A DNA stretch of 64,000 nucleotides from Paraspadella gotoi (GCA_051294375.1 CM119267.1:3716759-3780758); one strand, 5' to 3'; positions 1 through 14,433 are shown, counted from the first letter of the stretch. Notes: generated by a model not told the origin, from the letters alone. A program made the numbers and translations.

Positions 1-654
1 AAGGGCAACCGATTGTTATAATATATCGTCGTCGTCGGTTGTCTCGTCGTTGTCGTCGTCGTCGTCTTGGTCAAATCGTCACGCGAATTTTCGTCATGAG
101 TCAAATGAGTCGCAAACAGACATTCGAAAAATTAAAGGAAGAAAGAAAGAGAAAAAAAGGGGGGTGAAAAAAGATGAAGATCGAGGGGACAAAAATGATA
201 AATTATGAGGGGGAGAAAGAGGAGAGGGGAGGAGGAGGAGGGGGAGGAGGAGAGCGGAAGAGGGAGGTAGGGGGAGGAAGAAGAAGAGGGGAGAAGGAGA
301 AGGAAAGGAGGGAGCGGAGTGACGAAGGGGGAGGAACGAGGAAGGGGGAGGGAAGCAGGTCGAGGCGCCGGAGAAGGAGATTGGAAGAGGATAGGTTATA
401 TAAACTTCTGGTTAGAAGAAAACTTTGCCCAGGAAAAACATAAGATACGAAATTTTCTCATTCTTTCAGCGGCTACTGAACCATGGGCTGAGTCAAAACA
501 TATTCTGCCAATAAACGACCACGAGCCCATTTTCCGGAAGAGTTAAAGATTGTCTTTCCGAAAAATACTAAATTTCTCCCGACAATCTGACAACATTGAT
601 TCGCTTCAAAAACTGATGCGGCGGGAAAAAAGAGGGAAAAAGGAATTTGGAAAT

Positions 655-990
655 AAACAAGAACGGTCATTTCAATGTGTTGCGCCACAGTGACTTTATT
701 TTCATGTGTATTTCCCTTTGATCTTATGATATGACATGATATGACATGACTAAAAAACTTTTTTGCCCGTATATTTTTGACATGAACTGCATCAAAATTC
801 TATCTTTTATTCCTTATAGTTTTAGGAATTCCTGAAGGCGGCGCTAGCAGTCAAAGTATATACAATTATTATACATTTTTAACGTAAGTGGGACAGACTG
901 ACGGACAGTCATACGTACGGATCAACAGACAGAACGACCGAAAAGTAACTTATAGAGTTGCTTCGCGAGTACTCGCGCCGAAACTAAAAA
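655..990 (-). mobile_element. DINE-1/HINE-like (Helentron-associated) non-autonomous element, copy A
   Basis: Minus strand reads TTTTTAGTTTCGG-CGCGAGTACTCGCG (palindrome)-AAGCAACTCTATAAGTTACTTTTCGGTC, then a GTCY-rich tract, GTCCCACTTACGTTAAAA, and ends ...GGAAATACACATGAAAATAAAGTCACTG..CAACACATTGAAATGACCGTTCTTGTTT. Both ends match the copies at 27157 and 28904. The family call rests on architecture only. Confidence 0.65.
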
Positions 991-1290
991 GGAAAGGAGA
1001 GAGAGAAGGGAAGGAAAAGTAGGGATAAGAAGAAGGAAAAAAAAAAAGGAAAATGGAAAAAGAGTTTTAAAGAAAAAAGGTAAACACTGGAAAGTTTAAA
1101 GACGAAAAAAAAGGAACTCGATCTATGCAAGAAAATTTGAAAGTTAAAGACGAGAAAATATTCAAGCGCGAATAAAAAAAAATAACAAAAAAAAAAACAA
1201 TATATAAAAAAAAAAACCTAGAAAAAAATTCTAGTCTGAATAAATTCGTCTTCGAAATTATCTCGTTTCAACGAATCCGCGCCATTTTAA

Positions 1291-1468
1291 ATTAAAAGGT
1301 TGCAGGGTCCTGCTTTGTTATTATCTTGTAAGTGTGATAAAGGCCTTAAACCACCCAAAGGCCACCTAAAGGCCTTAAATCACCCAAAGCCTGTCAAAAG
1401 TCAGGGGCAAGATCGCTTATTTATTAATTGAATGAAAAAATTTTATATCGGTTGTACCAATTTGATAT
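1291..1468 (+). repeat. Dispersed ~150-180 bp repeat, copy 1 (unclassified)
   Basis: TTGCAGGGTCCTGC..TTATCTTGTAAG..CCAAAGCCTGTC.AAAGTCAGG..TTTTATAT.GGTTGTACCAATTT matches the reverse complement of 24527-24662. Confidence 0.75.
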
Positions 1469-1499
1469 GTTTTTTTTATTTCAGCGTTTATTTTCTGTA

Positions 1500-1705
1500 C
1501 GTGGTTGTTAAAATTGACAAATCGTTGTTCTTCTTTTTTCGATCTTTGATGACAAATTGAAATTCTAACGAAGCTGCCCTCTTCCCACCCCGATACAAAG
1601 ACGACGTCGACGTCGTCGTCGTCGTCGTCGCTCCGTCCGTGTTCGTCGTCTAGTGGACATTGACTCCGGTCTCTTAGCAACGACGTCAGCATTTTTCGGC
1701 ATTCT
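1500..1705 (-). CDS. Candidate exon, acidic peptide with SIM-like motif
   Basis: Open frame RDRSQCPLDDEHGRSDDDDDDVDVVFVSGWEEGSF...; the GAC run is in frame with protein-like flanks. Splice sites not resolved. Confidence 0.35.
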
Positions 1706-3149
1706 CTCCTCTCTCTCTAACAATACATCATAATAACATAATATCAACATAGAGAAGAATCATAGATAGATCAGAAAATAGAGAACCCATCATATAAGCT
1801 ATCAAACAAATAATGACAAGACGTAGACATACACGAGATCAATCAATAATAGGCGAACACATAACATACTCAATACCTCATAGAGAGAAATAGAGAACAA
1901 ATGACCATAGGGAGACCAACAATAATAATGAGCATATAAATATTTGACCTCATTCTCCTCTTCGAGTCAAAGCCTTTTTTGGTCTTTCAACCTCATTTCG
2001 TAAACTGAGATCATTTATTTTTTCGTTTCCAATAGCAACGACCTCTTTCGCCCGTTTTTATGCTTTGAGTTCTACGTTTCGGGAACAATTTAATGAAATT
2101 CGTACGACGAATATAAAAATGATCCATTATTGAGCCAGACTTTGAAAAGGATATCCCTCTTTCAAGGGTAATAAGTAATAACACTAGCAGGACCGCTGGA
2201 AGCTTTCGATCAAGACTTCTCATAGTTTATTAACTCCGTGGCTTCCTAACAATGAAGTGGTATAATATTTCAAAGAATGTTTCAGTTTTATCTAAACGTT
2301 ATAACGACTATAAAAACTGAATGCAAAGTTTCGGATGCACAAGTCCCGGATGTGAAAGCACGGAGGCGAAAACCCGGAATGTACCCGTAAACTCTGAGAA
2401 TGGTTGAGGGTAGGGAAAGGGCGTCTGCTCGTGGGAGATTTCCGAATGGCACAGAACGATAAGCGACCCGAGCATCCAGGATCAGACTGCTGAGGGAGAA
2501 AAAAAAAAAGAGAAAGCAAGTAAAGCGTCTAAACTTATGAACATATATATAGCAAAGTTATAAATAAACCAGTCAAAAATATCTACAAAAACATATTTGC
2601 TGCATTCTTGAAACTAAATCTTTAAACGAATATTAAAGCCATTAGCACTGTGGAAATCAGTCATCCGCACCAGAGCACTGTGGGAATAAGTATCCCGGGT
2701 GGATGTTGGTGAGAGAAAGACCTTGAACGGACGAAGGAACCGCAGCCGTCAGCGCGGTGCCCTTCGTCAGGGCGAGGCTGTCAGAGCACCGCAAAACGCC
2801 ATCCCGGCATGGCGTCGCGTGTTTGGACTTCGCGATCGTCAGGGTACTCAGTTGTCAGGGCTCCGCCGGTGTCACGGGTTCGTAACATTGACTGCGGGGC
2901 TGTTATTCGAGCTCCGCAATCGTCAGGGCGCGCCCGGCGCGTTGGGTGTCAGGGCGCCGCTTGAATGACGCCGAGACGCCGTCCCGTCTTCTTTATGACC
3001 TCCGCTTTTGTTGAGGAGGAAAAAGGAAACTAATGGCGAAAGATAAAGAAAAAAGGGGAAAAAAAAAGAGAAAAAAAAAGGAAAGAAGAAAAAAAGAAAG
3101 AAAACTTTGAAAATTGTATAATACCAGTTTAAAAGTAAAAGAAAAAATG

Positions 3150-3227
3150 ATACAATATGCAAAATAGAGAAGGTGTATGTATTAATACGTTTAATATCAA
3201 TCGTCGATGTCGTGGTTTTCATTCATT

Positions 3228-3262
<35 letters not shown>

Positions 3263-3325
3263 CATTGCTCTCATTATTTTGTTATCCGGTCCTTATTTTC
3301 TTTTCAGTACGAAGCCATCTTTCAA

Positions 3326-3356
<31 letters not shown>

Positions 3357-3505
3357 TCATCAACTTTATTGACGTGATTATTTTCCTCAAGATTCTCCGT
3401 TGTTATTTTTCTTTCCCCATAGCAATCTTTCAAATCGTCGTCGTCGTCGTCGTCGTCATTATCTTCTTTACCATCGCCTCTCCGCGGGTTTTTGTCGATG
3501 CTTAG
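3150..3505 (-). CDS. Candidate exon, poly-Asp protein segment with internal duplication
   Basis: Minus frame SIDKNPRRGDGKEDNDDDDDDDLKDCYGERKITTENLEENNHVNKVDDDDDDDDDDDDLKDGFVLKRK, then a probable frameshift. The unit (D)nLKD.[YF]..RK occurs twice. Confidence 0.45.
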
Positions 3506-4386
3506 CCTTCTATTATTTATGGCATGAACCTGCCACCATGGGTGCCCGTTGCGCGGTTATGGGTCGGCGATAAAAATCACTGAGAAGGAGAGACCCGTTG
3601 GGGGTCTTGGTACAATAAAATAAAATCGGTTGCTGGTATCAAGTTTCAAATAGTTTCTAAAACTTAAAGATTCCGAGATTTTCAGAGAACATGAAAAGTG
3701 CAAAGAATGACACGATCTATTGTTTCAATATCGCATAAATCGGGTAATTAAAATCTATCGGGAAAATCCCCGATGAACAATTAGAGGATCCGGCCACCGT
3801 GGGAATCTGGTACTCTTAGTAATATATAATATAACCAAAGTCTAAAACCCTAAAAGATGTCTCCTGGGTAATGCTGGGAAGGGCTGGCAATTTCTTCGGG
3901 GTCAGTAAAAAAGAGCAAAAGAGCATCGGGAAAAGGTGGAGGAAGCTGGGATTTCTTCGGTGATAGTAATAGATAGTTATTTCCGTCAAACACCCCGCGC
4001 TATTTGCATGGCCAAAAGGCATTCAAATACCCTGAAGGCAATGGTCTAGGAAATAAATCCTAAAAATATCGCGTCGCAGGGATGGAAAGAAGAGAGGAAA
4101 GAAATTTTAAAATGCTGAATGCAAGAGAAAAATGCGCCCCCAGGGAGAACTTGGGGTTAAGGCCTAAAAACCGGTTGGGCCAAATTCTCTCCAAGCAGAA
4201 AATCATTCTTCTATAAAACGGGTCGAACGGACAGCTGGGCAGCGACGACAGACGACAACCTGACCGGTCGGCTACACCCTCCCTCCACACGCGTTTTAAT
4301 TCAAGGTATTCAATTGGACGACGACACCACTAGTTAGACCGACCGACGGGACGTTTTTTAGCGTCTTTGCTTGTAATGGGGTGTAT

Positions 4387-4442
4387 GGGGGGGGGAGCCG
4401 GCGGGGGGGGGGGGGGGGGGGGGGGGGGGGAGGGGGGGGGGG
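4387..4442 (+). repeat. Poly-G tract
   Basis: About 55 nt of almost pure G. Confidence 0.9.
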
Positions 4443-4727
4443 AAAGGCCGAAGAATCAATTTGTCAGCGTATAAAAAAAACCACCAATACAATATTCTTA
4501 AAAACCTAAAAAAATCGATGAAACCAGAAAAAAAATATTTGTTAAATTCCTCCGATTCATCAACGTTAATTTTTCCGGTTGGAAAAGGAATTAAAATTGT
4601 TTAATATAATTTAGAAATTACAGTTAATTTTTCTAATTTTCCTTATAATTTCCGTTTGTCGTAATTTTTTTTTTTATATATTTTTTTGGCGTGATTTCTC
4701 AATGATATGTGATTTCTCTCCCTATTT

Positions 4728-4752
4728 NNNNNNNNNNNNNNNNNNNNNNNNN
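4728..4752. other. Assembly gap of exactly 25 N (first of seven)
   Basis: 25-N gaps at 4728, 5781, 18347, 26939, 32405, 49148 and 55045. Other gaps: 13742-13996, 23494-23625, 23775-23940, 24177-24465, 43295-43509, 50850-50859. Confidence 0.95.
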
Positions 4753-5394
4753 ATCATTAAAATAAGAAAAAGGGGAAATTTAACTGGAAGTGGCGATGTT
4801 TCAGAAGAAATGTAGTAATGCTTTTGGTGAAAGTAAACGGATGCAGATGAGGAGAGATGAGAGGAGAGAGTGGAGACGCGAGAGACAAGAGAGAAGGAGA
4901 GAGAGAGGATGAGAGAGAAGAGAGAGATGAGAGAGAGAGAGAGAGGCGATTTTTTTTCCTCCAAAAAATTCACCCTCGTTTTTTCTCTTCGTTCCAGAAA
5001 TTCTCGCTGCTTTAGTTAATTCAAACCTTAAATTGTATATAAATACTTAAGATAAAGTACAACTTGGTTAGAATAGTTAGCACTACTTAACTTCGTAGCG
5101 GGCTTTGCCTTAGGTCGTGACCCGCTACAAATTTCAAATATTATTAACTAATTGATGATAAATTCATTTTTTCGGTATTATATTTAAAAAAATACACTAA
5201 ACTTAATCAAATCCTAACGACGCCACGAAATTCCCCACCTCCTTTACTTTCACGGCCGACGCGAGTCCTGTCTCACTAGTGACGCCGTCTGAGCCGCGCG
5301 GATCACGAGAATCACAAAGATGCCGATATTCACGGACGTGACATCACAAGTTGCGAAAGGGAAGAGGAAAATCCGAGAAAAGATGACGGAGAGA

Positions 5395-5780
5395 TAATGA
5401 AAGAAAAATGAAGCGAGATGAGATGGAATGAAAAGAGAGAAGAAAAATGAAGTGAGATGAGATGGAATGAAAAGAGGGAAGAAAATGAAGTGAGATGAGA
5501 TGGAATGAAAAAAGAGAAGAAAAATGAAGTGAAATGAGATGGAATGAAAAGAGAGAAGAAAAATGAAGTGAGATGAGAAGGAATGAAAAGAGAGAAGAAA
5601 ATGAAGTGAGATGAAATGGAATGAAAAGAGAGAAGAAAATGAAGTGAGATGAAATGGAATGAAAAGAGAGAAGAAAATGAAGTGAGATGAAATGGAATGA
5701 AAAGACAGAAGAAAAATGAAGTGAGATGAGATGGAATGAAAAGAAAGAAGAAAAATGAAGTGAGATGAGATGGAATGAAA
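5395..5780 (+). repeat. 38-39 bp minisatellite, about 10 copies, truncated by a gap
   Basis: Unit AAAAATGAAGTGAGATGAGATGGAATGAAAAGAGAGAAG. Confidence 0.9.
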
Positions 5781-5845
5781 NNNNNNNNNNNNNNNNNNNN
5801 NNNNNTAAAAGAAGAAGAAAATCGAAGTGAGATTAAACAAAATGT

Positions 5846-8164
5846 GGAGATAAAGCGAGAAGATATTAATAGAGATAAGATGAATTAGAAAAGACAAATA
5901 AGAAATACATAATCTAAAAATTATAAATCAGTGAATTTTATCTTATTAGTGTACGCTGCTCAAAATTAGCAAACAATTTAATAGCATTTCCACAACCAAA
6001 CTTTCATGTTTCAGTCCTAATTAGATTATTATGATTTATCAATTACTGAAAATTTCATGCTAAACAGGAAAATAGATGTGTGTCATCGATTAGAAAAAAA
6101 CTAGGACAATTAGTAAATCTAACAACCTTCAGGTGGTTAGTGTAGATGCTTTTCCCTTTCTATTTCCAATAGTGAAGTAACGACACTGAGAGTGACTTTA
6201 CACCATTCAAACCGAAAAAGATATTAGATAATAAATTGATAAAAGTAAAAATATTTAAGAAGTCAATATATATATAATTTTAATAGAATATGATTATAAA
6301 AGGTAATTCATTTCATAATAAAAATAGTAAAAGATGAAAAAAAAATAAAAAAGATATGGAACACGAGTAATTTGGAATATTTTCATATATTACTCGATAA
6401 TTATATAATAATTATTCTTATATAAGAGCTAAATGAAATAGGTAAAATTGATGGTAGAAAATGAAAACCTGAGACTGAAACAAAGAAGTTGACGAAGGTG
6501 TCCACTAACATTATGTAACTAATATTAGTCACTCAATAATCACAAATAAGAAAAGAGTGATAAAGAAATGACTGAGGAGAATTATATACACTGAAAATAG
6601 GTATTTAGATCACAGAGTAAGATAATATCAGAAGATATATGCCGCTTATAGCATAACACGAGGGTAGGGGCGAGGAGGAGAAGAGAGAAAAAGAAGGAGT
6701 AGAGAGAGGTTCAGGAGAGTGATGAGAGAGAGAGGAAGGAGGGAGAAGAAAAAGAAGACGCGAGTGAGAGAGAGAGCGCGCTGTTAAGAGAGAGACGAGA
6801 TTGAGAAGATGAAAGAATTTATATCATTCAATGTAAAGGATTCGAATAAGAGAGCATTTGAAAATAAACAAATATAGAAAAATTCATACAATATTAAACG
6901 GGGATTAATTTAAGAAAAAAATATTTATTTCTTGAATTAATCGAATCTCGAAAATCGTCTGGTTTTTATCTTCAAACTGAGAAGAAAAACGAAAATAACA
7001 GAAGGAAGAACCAAACGAGGAGCGAACAAGAAACAAGGCGAAATAAACGGGACACAATGAACGAACAGAACGAAGGAACTAATAAAGGACAACATAACTA
7101 AGAAGAAATGACGAAAGGAAGGTATCCGAAGGGAACGAAAGACAGAAGAAACAAAGGAACTGCGTCCGAAACGAAAAGAACGAATGCAAATGAGCAGAAT
7201 GTGATCCTTTATAGGAAAGAGAGAAAGATATAGAAACAGGAAGAGATAGAGAAGGAACGAAGGGATAGAAGATCGAAGGAACGATAGGAACGAAAGATGC
7301 TCTGACTCACGTTTCTCGTTGAGAAGAGAGGAAGGAAACCGTAAAAGGTAAGAAGATGCGTATTTCGAGGAACTTAAAATAAAACCAGTTGGGTTTCGAC
7401 ATTATGTGCAGAGATGGAGCGTATCGGTGACTCTGAAGTGATCCGGCGCAGTGGATTGATGGAAAAGATGTGTAATAAGACAGGACTAGACAGAAGGTGA
7501 GAATAATAAGGTTATTATATAAAAAGGAAGGTTGAAGGAGAGGATGTGAAAATACGAGTAGGGTAAGGGACAAGTGTAGTTTATAGTATTTAATTATGGA
7601 GAACGTTGAAAGGGATATTGAAGAGAATCTTGGAATAAGAGAAGGTACGCTGAGATATTCTTGCATTTTTCTCTTTCGAGAGAGGCGTTAGGCGTTGGCA
7701 TTGGACGGCTCACATATTTCACTGGGGTGGGATTCGGGTTTTAGATGGCTCGCAATGGCATCTGCAATAGTCTGCTATGAGCTTCGTGATGAAGCATTGT
7801 TGTAATTGCTAATCTGCAATTGGCATCATGCATAGCTCCATGAATGGCTTCTTGAAATGAGCTTTGTAATTGCCTATGCATGGCAGCTGCATGTGGCATT
7901 TATTCTAATGGGTATCATATACAATGTCATCGTGCAATCAGGCATTTGCATGGAATTTGCATGTCCTCGGGTGTTATTGGAACCCGAAGGAAAGAATGTT
8001 AGTTCACGGTTGAGAAATATATTTTTTTTTAGTCTTCGAAGAAATCGTTTGTTGTGTTTTTAATGATTGGGGCTGGAATGGATATTTTTATTCAACGCGT
8101 GAGAGAGAGAGAAAGTGATGGCGAGGAGAGGGAGAGAGAGAGAGAGAGAGGGAGAGAGAGAGAG

Positions 8165-8206
<42 letters not shown>

Positions 8207-11200
8207 AGAGAGAGTGAAGGAGGGAGGGAGAGAGTGAATGAGTGAAGTGTGTTATGAGTAAGTTGAATTGGATTGAGTGTTAGAGAGGAGGAGAGAGATG
8301 AATGAGAGCGAGTGTAGAAGAGTGGTGTGGTCTATGGGAGACCCCGCGAAAGCGTATATCGAGATCCCTGAGGCGTGAGAAGGATTTCTAGGCGAAACAC
8401 CACGGGAACGAGAGAGAGAGAGATGGAGAGAGTGTGAAGAGAATGAGGAGAGAGAGAGGGAGAGAAGAAAAGAATGAGAGTACCGCACGCGCAGTCAGAC
8501 GCGCGCCCACCGCGCCCAGAGGAGAGAGGAGAGGAGAGGAGAAGAGAGAGATGAATGAGAGAGAGAGAGACGAGGTAGAGAGATTTCCGTGCGCGTCACA
8601 CTAGAGGGGCTTTCTCGGGCGTAGATCAAGCGACTAGCAGAAAGAATGGTGGGACAATAGAGATAATGGCGAGACTAAAAAGGTCGTGAGGACGTGACCC
8701 GTGGGAGGGGAGATAAGAGAGGGAAGAGAGAGAGAGAGCGAGAGGAGAGAGATGAGAGAGAGAAGGAGAGAGAGAAGAGAGGGAAAGAGAATTGATTTGA
8801 TTATAGATATGAGAGTTTAGTAAGATGAAAGATGAGAGAGGGAGAGAAGATTGAAGGACCGAAGAGAGAGATAGAAAGAAGCGATAGAGGATGAGAGCGC
8901 AGAGAGAATGAAAGACTGAAAGAGAGTGAAGTAATAATGTAATAGAGGGTAGAAGAGAGAATCGAAAGATATGAAAAGAAGTAGAGAAAGATAGATTAAG
9001 ATAGAACGAAAAGAAAGGAAGGAATAAAGAGGCAAAATTTTTAGGAAAGACAAAAAGAGGGTGACAGGAGAAGTCGCTGTTCTCTTTTTCCGAGAGAATT
9101 TGTGTGCTTGTTTTGTACTTCACTTTTAAACTAGAGTAAAATTAACTTAATGCTTAATAAGCTCTGATAATACCTTTCGGACTTCACTTTGTTTTAATTT
9201 GAAATTGCACTCTCAGGTTTGTTTGACTTGCTAAATATATCTAATTAATGCGACATAACTTATCTTCGCGCAAAAATTATCATCTTCATTTTAGTACTAG
9301 CAGAGGAAAGTTTGAACTATTAACTTTTTCCTCGTAAAAAAAAGTCTAACAGGAAATCCAGTGAAATCTACTCGAAAGAGCGCCGAGTTTCCGCGCGGAT
9401 GGTAAGTCTCCGAGAAAACGAGATTTCAAGTGTGCGTTCGAGCGCGGTCGGTCGTAGAGCCGTCTTCGCAGTCACAACACAAGTTAGAATTATATTAAAA
9501 CAAGATCGAAGAGAGGAGAGAGAGTTAAGGTGATTTTAATTTTACATTCGGTAAAGAAATAGAATATTAGAAAAAGGGGAGCGAAGAGAGGAGAAGAAGT
9601 AGAGAAGAGTTTTGATGTAATGAGAGAGGGAAGATAGAGAGGAGGATGTGAAGAAGAGAGAGAGAGTAGAGAGTAGAGAGTAGTAGAGAGTTATTACGAA
9701 GAACATGGGATGCGCAGATTATGGGAAATGGGACTGAGAAAAGAGGCACTAGGGGGGATGTGAAAAGAAGAGGAGGAAATGAGAAGGTAGAGGCGGAGGA
9801 GAGGCAGAGCGGAAGGGGTACCTAAGCAGACAGATTTGATGTACATTTGTTATCGGAAAGAATAAACGAGAAGAATTGTTAATACGAGATAGAGAATAAT
9901 GCGAGAGTATTTATACGAACAGTACAGTTTAGAGTCAGGGGATTAATTGAAATTGGATAATTTCAATATTAGTTGTCATTTGCAAAAGTTGGTTATATTA
10001 TTTACCAAACAGAAAACACTTGATAAATAGAAGTAATAAAAAGGCAATATTTTACACACATTCAAATCGTTCAACGAGGGATGGTTATTTGGCTTTTTCT
10101 TTGTAGTGTCAAAGTGGACATGTTGAATGTTTTGTTTTGGGGTTGATGTATATAACTTATCACTAAAGGATGAAGTTGTTCGAATTCTCTTTAGCCGACG
10201 TCGACGTCTCTAACTCTCAACTTTTGAAAATTGTTGAATAAAAAAACCTTTTTTGGTACAATTTTGTTCTTCAGTTTTTCGTAGAGTGAGAGGGAGGATA
10301 ACAAGGAGTAGGATGAGAGAAGGGAGGAGGAGGTGAGAGGAGAAAAGATTCCAGGAGGATGGAAGGTGGAATATGTCTTAATGAGTCGGGAGTGTTTAAT
10401 GAAATAGTTTTGGGTTAATAAAGATTGAGAGTTCGGTTTCACCTTATATACGATCTAGGTAGAGCCTGGATCTTAGATGTATAAGTTTGACAATCCGTGA
10501 ATTTGTTGGATGTCTTATTATCAGTTAATGTTTTAGCAATGTGTATGGTGCTATTTGAATAAGACATTTTATATATGAAGCGCTTTTTAATTCTGATATT
10601 AGAGAAATTTAACTAATATCGTTAATTTTTTTTTATTTGTTTTCGGTTCGTGCAGTATAGGTCTCTGTCGGTTGTTTAGAATCATTATTATTTCGTTCGT
10701 TTTAGGATATTTAATTATTGAATATTCGTAATCTTGATTGGTAATTCCTGATTGTATGTAGATAATAGAAACCATAATGATTTGTGATATATCCGGGTTA
10801 AGATTATAAGAATGTTATATTAGATGTAAATGTTAATTATGAGTTAGAGTTTTCGTTCATCATGAATGTTAATTGCTGAATAATTTTTATTACATCTCAT
10901 ATGTTAGTTTAGAAAATAGATGACGAGCTCACTAGATCGGACTGCATAGTAAATCTCCATGCATGGTTATATAATATAAAATTTAAAATATAAAAACTTG
11001 ATTTTTAATAAATGAATCGTAAATCCTCATAAGTAAAGCTATTTTGAATCTATTTCGCTCCTTCAGATCGCAGAGATTAATTTTCTTGTCGAAATAGGAG
11101 AATTTTAGAAATATGAGAAAAGATTCGTGACGGAGAGATCGAGTTGAGATGTATATAGAAAAGGAGGAAAACGACGTTTGCAGACGGAGGAAAAGAGGGA

Positions 11201-11647
11201 AAGAGAGAGATGAATGATAGTAGGAGATGGATATGTGAACAAATTGGCGAGAGAGAGAGAAGAGGAGAGAAGAGAAGAGAGAGGAGAGAGAGAGCGAGAG
11301 AGAGAGAGGGAGAGGGGGGAGTGAGAGAGACGGGAATGGGTGGAAGGTGATAGACGAAATAAGGGCCGAAGAAAGTTTGAGAAAGAATCGAGAGATAGAG
11401 AAACAATTGGAAATATAAATGCAGGATTCCACTGCAACATAGAAAGACAACAAAGCGAGAACAGAGAAGCAGAGAAGAGGAGAGAGGTAGAGAGGAGAAG
11501 GAGAGAAGAGAGAGAGAGAGAGAGAAGAGAGAGAGGATGAGATGATGAGTAGAGAGAGACGAGGAGAGAGAAAGTGGCGATAGAGAGAGAGATCAAGAAA
11601 GAGGTTATATTGAGAGAGAGATCAAGAAGAGAGTGTAGGAGAGAGAG

Positions 11648-11682
<35 letters not shown>

Positions 11683-13455
11683 AGGGAGAAGAGAGAGAGA
11701 GAGATAGAGAGAGAGAGAGAAGAGAGAGAGAGAAGAGAGAGAGAGGAGAGAGAGAGAGAAGAGAGAGAGAGTATGGAACATGATCGGCCACCATCTGCCA
11801 TCTGTTGAATGCGATTCTTAGTAATTTGGATGTCGAGCTTTTCTCTTATTGAGAGAATTGAAGCTTTCCGCCCGATTCGTCTTATCGTCGTCGTACATCT
11901 CGTCGTGTTATCGTCCTTATCGTCTTCGTCGCCCGTCTGTGCCGTGGTTATCGGCGTCGTCGTCGTCATTATTGGCGTGTCATCGTCATCGTCGTCGTCG
12001 GTGCTCTTTTATTCAAAAACAACGATATTTCACTCATCATCCATCATCATTATTTCTCTATCTTCTATCGTTACTCATTTTGGAAAACAAGTGATATAAA
12101 TATTAAGAATAACTGATGATTATTATCTTCCAGGTTAGTTAAGAATTGCGTGTCTATTGAACAAAATCGAGAAACGGGTTAATATAAATATTAAATCTAA
12201 TTTTGAACTGAAAGAATAAATAGTCGATGAATAATCATATAATCGATTTTGATCTCTCTCTCTCTCTCTTCTCTCTGCTCTCTCTTCTCTCTCGTCTCTT
12301 TTCTCTCTCTCTCTCCCCTCTATTTTTCTCTCTCTTTCTCTTTTTCTCTCTCTTTCTCTCTCCCTCCCCTTTGGTCGCAAACCACCTTCCTGCGTCTTAT
12401 TGGCCGAATCCCAAAAATTAATAAATGGGTTGCCACGAAGACCATTCTAACGCTTATGGACAAACGTCACGCCGATTACAAAAAAATTGAGCCGTGACTC
12501 AGAATTTGAAAAAACAAAATTGATATCGACGGGAAAATGTTTGTGTTAAAAAAAATCACAGGGGATAAATGCACTAATTCAACCAACCGAGTGCGTGGCT
12601 CTCTCTTTCTCTCTCTCATTCATCTCTCTCTCTCCTTTCTCTCTCCTCTCCTCTCTCTCTCCATCTCTTTTCTCCTCTCTCTCCTTCTCTTTTTTCTCTC
12701 TTCTCTCTGGGGAGTCCGTCTATAAAACCGTGGATAATCTCATCTCATCAAAAACCCTAGCGGCTCCCAGATAAAAAAACTGGACGGGGCCCGGTGCGAG
12801 CATAACGCCGCCCTGGCGCCGGGCCTCATTTTGAAATAAAAGAGAGGAAAAAAAAAGTGAAGAGAGAGCGAAATCACAGAAACGTGAGAGAAACAAAAAG
12901 AGATAACGATGATTGAGAGAAAAAGAAAGGACGAAGAAGAAGAGACGAGGATAGAAACGGAGGAAGATAGAAAGGAGGAAGATAGAAATGGAGGAAAGAT
13001 AGAAAGGGGAGAGATGAATGACCTGTGGGGGGGAGGGAATGGAGAGGAAAAGAAGGAGGAGGGGAGGGAAGGGGGCCCTTTTCCCCAAAGCGCCAATTTA
13101 AAATTTAATTCAGCATTAAAATTATTTTTGGGTTTTGAGATTATAAGTTGGGATAGATAGAGTTTGGTTAGGATTAGGTTTGGCTTGGATATAAGAGTTA
13201 GGCTATAAATTTGAAATCTAGTAAATGGGAGCTGTTGGAAAATAGTGCCAGGGAAGATGGAGGAAAAGGGAGCGACGAACAGATGAATGACCAGAGGAGT
13301 GAGGGAAGGAGGAAGAGGAGAGGGGAGGGAGGAAAGGAAAGACCAAGGAAAGGAAGAGAAAGGTGAGCATGAATGACACAGGGATAATGGAAGCAAGGGA
13401 AAGAGGAAGGAGAAAGAAGAAGGAGGACTGATAAATGACCACAGGGAAAAATGAA
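5846..13455 (+). repeat. Duplicated block 1, copy A (error-rich)
   Basis: Colinear with 13456-23203, e.g. 7290 vs 14840, 7970 vs 15375, 9290 vs 16740, 11785 vs 21570, 12770 vs 22500. Differences are mainly 1-bp indels. Confidence 0.9.
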
Positions 13456-14376
13456 AGGAGATAAAGCGAGAAGATATTAATGAGATAGATGAATTGAGAA
13501 AAGACAAAATAAAATCTAATCTAATCTAAGATACAATAATTAATAATAATTAGTGTATAAGAGTTAAATGAAATAGGAATATCTGAGCAGAAATGAAAAG
13601 AGACGAAACGAAGAAGGCTGAGAAGGTGTCACTCTTGTCACTTCTATCACTGTCACGGGGATGACACGGGAGTGACACTCAAATGAAAAAGAAATGACAA
13701 AGAATGAGAGGAGGACGAAGGTTTGATCACGAATCTATCGGNNNNNNNNNNNNNNNNNNNNNNNNNNNNNNNNNNNNNNNNNNNNNNNNNNNNNNNNNNN
13801 NNNNNNNNNNNNNNNNNNNNNNNNNNNNNNNNNNNNNNNNNNNNNNNNNNNNNNNNNNNNNNNNNNNNNNNNNNNNNNNNNNNNNNNNNNNNNNNNNNNN
13901 NNNNNNNNNNNNNNNNNNNNNNNNNNNNNNNNNNNNNNNNNNNNNNNNNNNNNNNNNNNNNNNNNNNNNNNNNNNNNNNNNNNNNNNNNNNNNNNNGACG
14001 AGAGCCTGAGAGAGATGAGAGGCGAAAGGGAGAGCATGATGAGACGAGAGAGAGAGCGGAGTGAGAGAGAGAGGGAGGAGAGAGAGATGATGAGAGAGGA
14101 GAGGAGAGACTGATGGAGATCGGAGAGAGAGGAGACGATGGGGCTGGGAGAGCGACTGACTAGAGAGGATGATGGCGGAGTGAGGATCAAGACGAGGAGC
14201 GTCATTTGAGATGAAACAGACGCGATCGGGATTCGATAGTAAAGAAATAAATCAATAGACAACATATGAACGTGGAATTAATTTTGTAAGAAAGCAATAT
14301 TTACTGTTTTCTTATCTTCATCGAATCTCGTAGTCCGTTCTGGTTTTCATCTTCACTGACTGCTCCTCTCTTCTCT

Positions 14377-14433
<57 letters not shown>

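Noticed and set aside
3510-4442. High-complexity stretch and poly-G tract as a gene or G-quadruplex element
   Set aside because: No coherent reading frame; it lies near a 25-N gap and resembles low-quality single-read sequence, so it cannot be interpreted.
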